From a virus, in IMG/VR virus record IMGVR_UViG_3300045988_163197: a DNA stretch of 29,607 nt. The stretch is one strand, 5' to 3'. Positions 7,263 to 15,409 of this stretch are shown in pieces (within the stretch, counting starts at the first letter, position 1; each line of letters begins with the position of its first letter). Made by a program: the position numbers and the translations under genes. Under the pieces are notes generated by a model that was not told the origin of the DNA, ran no database searches, and saw only the letters and a program-made list of their open reading frames with translations.

Positions 7263-7522
7263 AAAAAACGCTCAAATCACTCATTATAGTACTTATTATA
7301 GTAATGTGTTTGGGCGTTTTTGTCGGGTGTTCGACTTATAAAATCCGAGACGATTATCATTACGAAACGATGACGATTTATTTCAAGGACGGCGAGAACA
7401 TATCTTTCAGGCGAAATGATATAAAAATAAGTCAAACCGACACGCTGCTGATTATCGACAAGAAAAACGACCGCAGTTATGTTTACAAAAAAGAAAATAT
7501 CCGAAAAATAATTTATGCTTGA
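7259..7522 (+). CDS. probable lipoprotein
   Basis: Signal peptide MKKTLKSLIIVLIIVMCLGVFVGC with a lipobox-like VGC. Confidence 0.65.
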   Translation: MKKTLKSLIIVLIIVMCLGVFVGCSTYKIRDDYHYETMTIYFKDGENISFRRNDIKISQTDTLLIIDKKNDRSYVYKKENIRKIIYA

Positions 7523-7547
7523 CAAAACACAAAAACTGTGTTATAAT
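7519..7547 (+). promoter_or_regulatory. promoter of the packaging/structural (late) operon
   Basis: TTGACA (7519-7524, overlaps the TGA stop of the lipoprotein gene), 17 nt spacer, TATAAT (7542-7547). Confidence 0.7.
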
Positions 7548-7664
7548 GAAGTATAACCATAAGAAAGGAGTTGCCTATGACTTCTAAATTAAAATTACAT
7601 AGGTCGAAAAAGTAGGCGGAGCAGTCCGTCTATTTGGCGTTATACAAGAAACAAGGAGTAAAAA

Positions 7665-8033
7665 ATGCCGTGCAAAGCGACCAACCCGCAAAACCTTATT
7701 CCGCAAAATGAAAGACCTATTGAAGAAAGGCGAAGAATAGCGGCAATGGGTGGAAAAGCAAGGGGCGAGCAAAAGAAAAGACAAAAGACTTTTAGAGAAG
7801 CACTTGAAACGCTTTTATCGAAAGAAGTAGTCGATAAGAACGGAGATAAGTATGACCTTTTGACGGCAATAAGTGCCAAACAAGTAGAAAAGGCAAGCAA
7901 GGGCGATACAAAGGCTTTTGAAGTTATCCGCGATACGATAGGACAGAAACCCGTTGAAAGAGTTGAAATCACAGAGTGGGACACAAAGATTGCGGGCGAA
8001 ATAGAAGCGTATGTTGACGGACGAAAAGCGTAA
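7665..8033 (+). CDS. terS: terminase small subunit
   Basis: Lies immediately upstream of and overlapping terL. Basic N-terminus (GGKARGEQKKRQK) and the KGDTKAFEVIRDTIGQKP motif are common in small terminases. Confidence 0.7.
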   Translation: MPCKATNPQNLIPQNERPIEERRRIAAMGGKARGEQKKRQKTFREALETLLSKEVVDKNGDKYDLLTAISAKQVEKASKGDTKAFEVIRDTIGQKPVERVEITEWDTKIAGEIEAYVDGRKA

Positions 8034-9270
8034 ATATCTTGACCTTTTAATCGACGAGCCGTACAAGGTTGCTAATTGGTTAGGTTTTACGGGAATAAAC
8101 AAAGAACTCCACAACAAGTGGATACAGGAACTTGTGTTCGGCAAGAACGATTGGACACTGCAAGCGCATCGCGGAAGTTATAAAACTACTTGTGTATCGG
8201 TGGCATTTGCGCTGTATATGATTTTGTTCCCGACAAAGAACATAATCTTTATCAGAAAGACCGATGATGACGTTACGGAGATTATAGAACAGACGAGAAA
8301 GATTTTATCGAGCGACACGATAAAGTTTTTAAGTTATAAATTGTGGGGCAAGCCTGTTGAAATAAAGAAGTCGAACAGCAACGAGATAACGACCAACCTT
8401 TCAGACACGACAAGGGGCGCGGTGCAGTTATTGGGTTTAGGCATTAAAGGGAGTTTGACAGGCAAACACGCGTACTGGGTTCATACGGACGATATAGTCA
8501 ACATCAAAGACCGTGTGAGCCGAGCGGAACGAGAATATACGAAGTCCATTTATATGGAGTTGCAAAATATCAAAATGGTTGGCGGGCGGATAACGAACAC
8601 AGGCACGCCGTGGCACAAAGACGATTGTTTTTCTTTAATGCCGACAGCCGAAAAATACGATGTGTATTCGACGGGGCTTTTGGGGCAGGACGAAATCGAC
8701 AAACTGCGAAAGAGAATGACACCGAGTTTGTTTGCCGCGAACTACGAGTTGAAACACATAGCGAACGAAAACACTTTGCTGAATACACCGCCGAAGTTTG
8801 TTGACGATGTAAACCTTGTGAGACAGGGGAGAGCGCATATCGACGCATCATACGGTGGCGAAGACGGAAGTGTTTTGACGATAGCCAACAGAATAGGCGA
8901 CAAGATATATGTATTAGGCAAACGCCGCCAAGGGCATATAGACAGCCATTTGAACGAGTTTTTGTCGTTATGCAAGGCTTATCAGGCGGGCGTTATTAGA
9001 GTTGAAGATAACGGCGACAAGGGCTATCTTGCAAAGGAAATAATAAAGCGTGGCGGGTATGCAAAGACCTACCACGAGGATATGAACAAATATATCAAAA
9101 TCTCAACATACCTTAAAGCGGAATGGGACAATGTTTACTTCCTGCGCGGAACGGACGAAGAATACATCGACGAAATACTTGACTATTCGGAAGACGCGGC
9201 GCACGACGATAGTCCCGACAGTCTTGCTTGCGTACTACGAGATTACAGCAAAATATACAAGCGGGGTTGA
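8011..9270 (+). CDS. terL: terminase large subunit
   Basis: Walker A-like HRGSYKTT, Walker B-like YWVHTDDIV, C-terminal nuclease-type AHDDSPDSLA. Size and position fit. Confidence 0.85.
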   Translation: MLTDEKRKYLDLLIDEPYKVANWLGFTGINKELHNKWIQELVFGKNDWTLQAHRGSYKTTCVSVAFALYMILFPTKNIIFIRKTDDDVTEIIEQTRKILSSDTIKFLSYKLWGKPVEIKKSNSNEITTNLSDTTRGAVQLLGLGIKGSLTGKHAYWVHTDDIVNIKDRVSRAEREYTKSIYMELQNIKMVGGRITNTGTPWHKDDCFSLMPTAEKYDVYSTGLLGQDEIDKLRKRMTPSLFAANYELKHIANENTLLNTPPKFVDDVNLVRQGRAHIDASYGGEDGSVLTIANRIGDKIYVLGKRRQGHIDSHLNEFLSLCKAYQAGVIRVEDNGDKGYLAKEIIKRGGYAKTYHEDMNKYIKISTYLKAEWDNVYFLRGTDEEYIDEILDYSEDAAHDDSPDSLACVLRDYSKIYKRG

Positions 9271-9273
9271 CCT

Positions 9274-10662
9274 ATGGCAAGTTATCAAATTGATTTTAAG
9301 GACGGCAAAGCAAACAATGCCGCTGATACTTACGCGCTTATTATATCGTATCAAGCGTCGGAGACCTATATCGCCGCAAAAGCGGGGTGGGATTATTATA
9401 TGGGCGAAAACACGACGATAAGTGCAATCGGGCGTTATTATTGGAAGAACAGGGTTGACGAGAACACGGGAAAGGTTGTCGGCGGCGGGTTTGTCGAAAA
9501 TCCGTATGTTGCGAACAACAAAATCGGTTACTCGTTCTTCACGGATATGGTAACGCAAAAGGTTGACACGCTGTTTAGGGAAATACCGACGATTGACGGG
9601 GTTGAACTTCCGAAAGGGTTTGTCAAAACATTCGGGTATGTATTAAGGTCGGCGGCGGAACGCGCATCGGCGCAAGCGGTGAGTTACATATTTGTTGATA
9701 GCGACGGACACCTTAACTGTTTCTCGGCGGATAGGGCGATGCCGTTCTATGACAACGAAACGGGCAAATTAAGGGCGTTGATACGTTGGTGGGAAGTCCC
9801 CGCGCAACGGAAAGATATTCCTTACATCTATTGGGAAGTATATACCGAAGACGGAGTAACGACTTATTGCAATCGACCGACGATACACGAGACGAAACCC
9901 TTAACGCCGTATAAGTATAAGAGAACGAAAAGCATTGTATCGGACGAAATCATCGCGGAAAAAACGCCGTTGCCGATTGTTGAGTTTCTGAACAACGAAT
10001 ACAGGATGAGCGACCTGACGGCAAACATAAGGTCTAAAATCGATATTATCGATATTGTACAATCGGGGTTTGCAAACAACATTGAAGACTTTTCGGATGC
10101 GTTCTGGTCGATTAAAGACAATATCGGCGGCAACGAAGGGTATTATCAAGACTTGGTTTCCGAGATAACGCGCACAAAGGTTATTGTTGCGGACGGTGCG
10201 GAAATGAAACAGTTTCAAATCCCGACGGAAGCGCGGTCAAGGTTTGTCGAGATTATTAAAGACGACCTTATTCGAGACGGCGGTGTAGTGGACACGAAAG
10301 CACTAACGCAGGGCAATCTTACGGCAACAGCGATTAAAGCGGCGCGAGCAAATCTTGAAACAAGGGTATCAAAGTTTGAATGGCAGGCGTATAAATGCGC
10401 GACAGAAGTGTTGGAGTTATATTTCAGATTGCAAGGGAAAGAAATTCCCGAGTTCGATGTTACTTTCAACACTTACCATTTGGACAATGTTACCGAAACC
10501 GTGCAGAACGCGGTATCGCTTCGCGGCACAATAAGCAACGATAGTTACTTGAAGATGTTAAAGAGCGTGAACATTATCGACGATGTGGAAGTCGAAAAGG
10601 CAAAAATGGAAGACGAAAACAACGCACGGTTTGGGTTTGGAAATAAGGGTATTGTAGAATGA
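9274..10662 (+). CDS. portal protein (SPP1 gp6-like by size and position)
   Basis: 462 aa, directly after terL and before the gp7/MuF-like gene. Confidence 0.8.
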   Translation: MASYQIDFKDGKANNAADTYALIISYQASETYIAAKAGWDYYMGENTTISAIGRYYWKNRVDENTGKVVGGGFVENPYVANNKIGYSFFTDMVTQKVDTLFREIPTIDGVELPKGFVKTFGYVLRSAAERASAQAVSYIFVDSDGHLNCFSADRAMPFYDNETGKLRALIRWWEVPAQRKDIPYIYWEVYTEDGVTTYCNRPTIHETKPLTPYKYKRTKSIVSDEIIAEKTPLPIVEFLNNEYRMSDLTANIRSKIDIIDIVQSGFANNIEDFSDAFWSIKDNIGGNEGYYQDLVSEITRTKVIVADGAEMKQFQIPTEARSRFVEIIKDDLIRDGGVVDTKALTQGNLTATAIKAARANLETRVSKFEWQAYKCATEVLELYFRLQGKEIPEFDVTFNTYHLDNVTETVQNAVSLRGTISNDSYLKMLKSVNIIDDVEVEKAKMEDENNARFGFGNKGIVE

Positions 10663-11477
10663 CCGAAAGACAAATGCACGAACAGAGCGACGGGGTTTTG
10701 AACGAAACGACGAAGTTGCTGAATAAACAATACAACGTGGCGTATAAGGAAGCGAAAGATTATCTTGCGATTGAACTTGCAAAGGTTGAACTTTCGGGGA
10801 CGGCGCAACAAAGGTATAACGAATTGTTGAAATACGACCGCTTGGACAAAATATGTTCGGAAGTTGCGGATATTATCTTAAACGCAAACAAAACCACGAA
10901 GAAAGAAGTAAACAATCTTGCGGTTGCGGTGTACAAAATGAATTACGACTGGCAGGCTGACAAATTGGGGCTTGACGGCGTAAACAAGACCGAGAGCAAG
11001 GAAGCATACGAAGAAGTGGATATGTTCGATGTGATAGCATTAGCGGCGTTGACAGACAAAGATGTTATAGAACGTGATGTGAAGTCGAAGATTGTGCAGG
11101 CGGTGATGAGCAAGGCGGGCGTTCGTCCTATCATTACAGCGGTGAAAAACGTTGCGGAAAAGAACTTGTCGGACAGTGTGAGAATAGCGACCACGGCGAC
11201 CACGCAAACGGAAAACAAAGGACGAGCCGATGTTGTGGAAGTCGCAAAGAAACAAGGACGGAAATTCCGCAAAGTATGGCGTGCAGTCGGGGACAATCGG
11301 ACAAGGCAGGCACATAGAGCGGCAAGCGGACAAGTGCAGGACTTTGACAAGCCTTTTATTGTTGGCGGTGAAAAATTGATGTACCCTGCTGATATAAGTT
11401 TGGGTGCAAGCGCAAAGAATACAATTAACTGTCGTTGCAGAATGGCGGTTATTGAATATGACGGGCAAACGTCGTAA
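10659..11477 (+). CDS. head morphogenesis / minor capsid protein (SPP1 gp7 / Mu F-like)
   Basis: WRAVGDNRTRQAHRAASGQ ... NCRCRM is the signature of the gp7/MuF domain. Confidence 0.85.
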   Translation: MTERQMHEQSDGVLNETTKLLNKQYNVAYKEAKDYLAIELAKVELSGTAQQRYNELLKYDRLDKICSEVADIILNANKTTKKEVNNLAVAVYKMNYDWQADKLGLDGVNKTESKEAYEEVDMFDVIALAALTDKDVIERDVKSKIVQAVMSKAGVRPIITAVKNVAEKNLSDSVRIATTATTQTENKGRADVVEVAKKQGRKFRKVWRAVGDNRTRQAHRAASGQVQDFDKPFIVGGEKLMYPADISLGASAKNTINCRCRMAVIEYDGQTS

Positions 11478-11540
11478 AAAATAGCAAATAAAAATAATTT
11501 TATGAGATGCAACCTCGTTAAAAGCGTAAAAGGAGTTTTT

Positions 11541-12101
11541 ATGAAGAGAGCAGAAATCGAAAAGTTATTCGACGGCAAATTGGCAGAAGGTGTTGAAGTC
11601 AAAGAAATCATCGACGCGATTATGAAAATCAACGGCGACGATGTAAACCTTGCGAAAGAAAGCGCGGTAAAGGCAAGCAATGCAAGCATTGAAGAAATCA
11701 AAGCACAGGCTATTGCAGAAGCCTTGAAGCCTTACGAGAAAGGCGGGGAAAAGTATTTTGATACGGAAGCCTATCAAAAGGTTTTGGACGAAAACAAAGC
11801 CTATAAAGAGCGTGAAACAAAGCAAGCGAGAACGAGCGCGGTTGAAAAGTTGTTGAAAGACGGCAAATTCGACACAAGGGTTTTAAGCCTGCTTTCAAAA
11901 GCGGTTGACGATTATCAGCCGAAATGGAACGAGAATAACGAAATCGAGAACGCTCCCGAAATCTTAAAGGCACTTCAAAGCAATTATCCCGACTTTGTTG
12001 TTACCGAAACGGACGGCGGGTTTAAGCCTGCTACACCGCCTGCAAAAGGAAAGGCAGATACAGAAGTAGATGCTTTCGTTGCGGGTTTCAAAAAAGGATA
12101 A
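11541..12101 (+). CDS. scaffolding protein (start trimmed from 11502)
   Basis: AAAGGAG before ATG 11541. Charged, helical, K/E-rich 186 aa, immediately upstream of the capsid gene. Confidence 0.65.
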   Translation: MKRAEIEKLFDGKLAEGVEVKEIIDAIMKINGDDVNLAKESAVKASNASIEEIKAQAIAEALKPYEKGGEKYFDTEAYQKVLDENKAYKERETKQARTSAVEKLLKDGKFDTRVLSLLSKAVDDYQPKWNENNEIENAPEILKALQSNYPDFVVTETDGGFKPATPPAKGKADTEVDAFVAGFKKG

Positions 12102-12133
12102 AAAAATAAAACATTTTAAGGAGAATTAAAATT

Positions 12134-12964
12134 ATGGCAATCAATTATGCACAGAAGTATTCTGATGTAGTAGCAGAAGCGTTCAGGCTTCAATCCAAGA
12201 CCGCTGATATCGCAGGCGGCAGATATGATTTTATCGGCGTTAAAACCGTTAAAGTGTATCAGGGCGCAACCGTTGAGTTGGGCGATTACACTATCAGCGG
12301 AAGCAACCGTTTCGGCACGCTCGCTGAACTCGAACTCCCCGTACAGGAAATGACCTTGACGCAGGACAAATCGTTCACTTTCGTTATCGACCGTATGAAT
12401 TACGAAGGCACGAACTTTGCGAACGAAGTCGGCGCAAGACTGCGTGATGAAATCGACCAAGTTGTTATCCCCGCACTCGACGCTTACAGGCTTAAAGCAA
12501 TGGCATCGGCAACGGGTATCACTTCGGCAACCGACACTGCGCCTACCAAAGCAAACGCTTACGAACTGTTCTTGAACGCATCTTCGACTTTGGACGAAAA
12601 CAAAGTCCCCGCTGTTGGCAGAATTGCGTTCGTAACGCCTGATTACCTGAAACTCTTAAAGCAAGACAGTTCTTTCATTCTGCAATCCGACCGTTCAATG
12701 GAAATGTTGCAGAAAGGTATTGTCGGCACTTGCGACGGCGTTGAAGTCCGTATGCTCCCCGCTTCGTACTTCCCCGCAAACAAATACCTCATTATGGCAC
12801 ATCGCGATGCTATCGTTGCTCCCGTCAAACTCACGACTTACCGTATTCTTGACGATGTACAGGGCATTGACGGCAGCGTTGCGGAAGGTCGTGTTGTTCA
12901 CGATTGCTTCGTACTTTCCAACCGCGCAAAAGCGATTTATGTACAAGGCAAAGCGGCGGGCTAA
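12134..12964 (+). CDS. major capsid protein
   Basis: Position after the scaffold gene, strong RBS (AAGGAGAATTAAAATTATG), followed by a strong terminator. Confidence 0.8.
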   Translation: MAINYAQKYSDVVAEAFRLQSKTADIAGGRYDFIGVKTVKVYQGATVELGDYTISGSNRFGTLAELELPVQEMTLTQDKSFTFVIDRMNYEGTNFANEVGARLRDEIDQVVIPALDAYRLKAMASATGITSATDTAPTKANAYELFLNASSTLDENKVPAVGRIAFVTPDYLKLLKQDSSFILQSDRSMEMLQKGIVGTCDGVEVRMLPASYFPANKYLIMAHRDAIVAPVKLTTYRILDDVQGIDGSVAEGRVVHDCFVLSNRAKAIYVQGKAAG

Positions 12965-12975
12965 AATTCAAGATT

Positions 12976-13000
12976 AAGGCGGTGAAATATCCGCCTTTTA
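12976..13000 (+). terminator. intrinsic terminator after the capsid gene
   Basis: AAGGCGG / CCGCCTT stem, loop TGAAATAT, followed by TTTTA. Confidence 0.8.
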
Positions 13001-13057
13001 TGCCGATAAGAGTAACGCCGTGCAACTCGGCAATCGGTAGAAATAAGGAGAACGAAT

Positions 13058-13462
13058 ATGAAAACATTATCGGATAGATACAGCGACAAATTTGGCGAGA
13101 ACTTGGGCAATCTTGTTGCAACAATCCCGCAATACGACACAATCACCGTTGACGGGTTTTGCAACAGAATACACGACTTTATTGAAGATTACATAATGTT
13201 GCGAAATCCGACTTATGACTTTGAAAGCCTTGCGCCATATCAGAAAACGCTTGTTGAAGATGCGGAAGTATATCAGGCGTTTTATGTTGTCCACGGGGTT
13301 GACTTTACGCAAGCGAGCGGTTACGACAGCAATTCGGGCGCGTTGATGGACAAAGCGACGATACGCGAAAGGCAAATTTGCGACAATGCAAGGAACAGAT
13401 TGTTAAGGGCGAGAGTGTTGCATAGAGAGCCGCGAGATATGGGGGCGCGATATGACGGCTAA
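13058..13462 (+). CDS. head-tail connector/adaptor (positional call)
   Basis: ORF track. AAGGAG RBS. First gene after the capsid terminator. Confidence 0.5.
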   Translation: MKTLSDRYSDKFGENLGNLVATIPQYDTITVDGFCNRIHDFIEDYIMLRNPTYDFESLAPYQKTLVEDAEVYQAFYVVHGVDFTQASGYDSNSGALMDKATIRERQICDNARNRLLRARVLHREPRDMGARYDG

Positions 13463-13751
13463 ATGGCGGAAAGGAACTTACAACAAAGACAAGACGGGGA
13501 CGGAGATTAAAGAATGGCTTATTCGGGTTACAAAGGAACTTTCGACCAACCGTTTTGACAGCACGCCGACGGACGGAGTTATATCGCACGATTGGACAAG
13601 GGCGATACAATCCGACAGTCCGAAAGCAAGGGAAATACAAGCGGGCGATATGATTATATATCAAAATCACCGCTACACCGTGCAGACGACCGCTACAACG
13701 CCGAATAGACTGGCTTATAACGGGTTTGACACGATTATTTATATGAAATGA
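13452..13751 (+). CDS. head closure / neck protein (positional call)
   Basis: ORF track. GGGGG RBS. Overlaps both neighbours. Confidence 0.45.
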   Translation: MTAKWRKGTYNKDKTGTEIKEWLIRVTKELSTNRFDSTPTDGVISHDWTRAIQSDSPKAREIQAGDMIIYQNHRYTVQTTATTPNRLAYNGFDTIIYMK

Positions 13752-14134
13752 ACAATCGAGATATTATGGCGTACAATGTGCTTGTAATGGCGTTAAAATC
13801 GGTGTGTCCGTATAGAACGGGAAACCTTGAACGAAACGGCATACGAGTTAAAATAGACAATGGCACAATGTGCGTTGTGGTTGGACACGAAACGAGTAAA
13901 CTTTTGGGCGAATATGCGGTTTATACAAACGAGCCGTGGATAAGCCCGAAATGGGGCGGAAAGCAAAACCCAAATCAAGGTTGGATAGAACGGGGCATTG
14001 AAAAGGCTTTGCCGCTTATAAGGCAAGTTTATTCGGGAATGACAATAGATGATTTTAATGACCTTATGGACGATTTACAAAAACAAACGGCAACGAGGCA
14101 AGCGGAGATAAGGAGAAAGCGGAAGAATGTTTGA
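13748..14134 (+). CDS. neck / tail-completion protein, HK97 gp10-like
   Basis: PYRTGNLERNGI and EYAVYTNE resemble gp10-family motifs. Position fits. Confidence 0.45.
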   Translation: MNNRDIMAYNVLVMALKSVCPYRTGNLERNGIRVKIDNGTMCVVVGHETSKLLGEYAVYTNEPWISPKWGGKQNPNQGWIERGIEKALPLIRQVYSGMTIDDFNDLMDDLQKQTATRQAEIRRKRKNV

Positions 14135-14981
14135 AGATTTGTTTTTACAGTTTATAGAAAAGGAGTTTTCCGATAGTCTGTCGGAAACGGTGAATGTTAC
14201 GAATGATTTGAGCGTCGTGTACGAACAGGAAGTAGATGCGGCGCAAGACTTATATTTCGAGCCGTTCAAGAAAAACCCGAAAGCGGTCGTGATTGTGTTG
14301 TCCACAACGAACGCAAGTCAAACGAACATCCCGCAAGTGTCGTTCACGACGGAGCAGATGTCGATTAAGATACTTTGCAACGAAAACCAAAAACACGATA
14401 TATATAAGGCGATTGACGAGTTTACGAATAAATACAACGCCGTTTATTCGGTGTTGGCAGGCGATACGAAGTCGTACAATATGCAGTTGAACATAAACAA
14501 GCCTTTTGTGGCGGGAATGTATGATATTCCGACGGAAAGCATAGATGACGACGGATGCACGGAGACTTTCGGATATATCACGATACAATGGTTTATCACG
14601 GCAATTTACAGTGATAACATTAAACTCGGCACGGACGAACTCAAAATCAAGGTAGGAACGACAGAATATCCGATTAAAGGACTGTACAGATACACTTTCT
14701 CGGAAAACCCGAACTCGGTCATATACCAAAAAGAGGGGCAGATAAGAGCAACGCACGAAGATGCGGTTTTAACGACCACTTATATCTTTAACTTTCAGTG
14801 TCTCGACGGCGACACGTTGAGTGAGTTATTAGATAGGTCTTTTAACGGCAAAACGGGCGGTATTTACGGTCAAACGCTGTCTTTGGTTATAGACGGTCAA
14901 ACGGTCGAAATGAGCGATTATACGCTTGAAAAGGCGTACGAAAACGGCGTTAAAAGTTACACGCTGACTTTGGTGAAATAA
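14127..14981 (+). CDS. tail structural protein (tube- or adaptor-like)
   Basis: 284 aa, beta-rich sequence, between the neck genes and the large tail protein. Confidence 0.45.
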   Translation: MFEDLFLQFIEKEFSDSLSETVNVTNDLSVVYEQEVDAAQDLYFEPFKKNPKAVVIVLSTTNASQTNIPQVSFTTEQMSIKILCNENQKHDIYKAIDEFTNKYNAVYSVLAGDTKSYNMQLNINKPFVAGMYDIPTESIDDDGCTETFGYITIQWFITAIYSDNIKLGTDELKIKVGTTEYPIKGLYRYTFSENPNSVIYQKEGQIRATHEDAVLTTTYIFNFQCLDGDTLSELLDRSFNGKTGGIYGQTLSLVIDGQTVEMSDYTLEKAYENGVKSYTLTLVK

Positions 14982-15409
14982 TGAGTAAAGAATATCATAT
15001 CTATCTTGACCACAATATAGCGGTTGACGGCGAACAAACTGGCGGGCAGTTGTCCGAAACTTCGTCGCCTGAAAAAAGTGCTAAAAAACAACAGTCGGAA
15101 GCGAAAACGGGAGCGACCGCAAAACTCGTCGGAGTGTACATCGGAAAGCAAGCCTTTCAGTGGGCAACATCGAATTACGGGAATTTGACGGGCGATTATT
15201 TGGGGCAAGCGTGGATAAGCGAGAGCATAGAGTTTGCGGGGCTTGTCGGCGGTATTTTGGCTAAACCCGTACTCGGGAGCGTGATTGCGGCGGCGGTCAT
15301 CGCTAAAAAGGCAACGGATAAATATATCGAACGCACGAAAGCAAATCAAGAAGCGATGCAATTAAGAGAACGCACGGGCAGTCTTTTGAGTAGTGGGGGC
15401 AGGCGATGA
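14981..15409 (+). CDS. small Gly/Ala-rich hydrophobic tail-internal protein (in the tape-measure position)
   Basis: 142 aa. FAGLVGGILAKPVLGSVIAAAVIA segment. ATGA-type coupling on both sides. Confidence 0.4.
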   Translation: MSKEYHIYLDHNIAVDGEQTGGQLSETSSPEKSAKKQQSEAKTGATAKLVGVYIGKQAFQWATSNYGNLTGDYLGQAWISESIEFAGLVGGILAKPVLGSVIAAAVIAKKATDKYIERTKANQEAMQLRERTGSLLSSGGRR

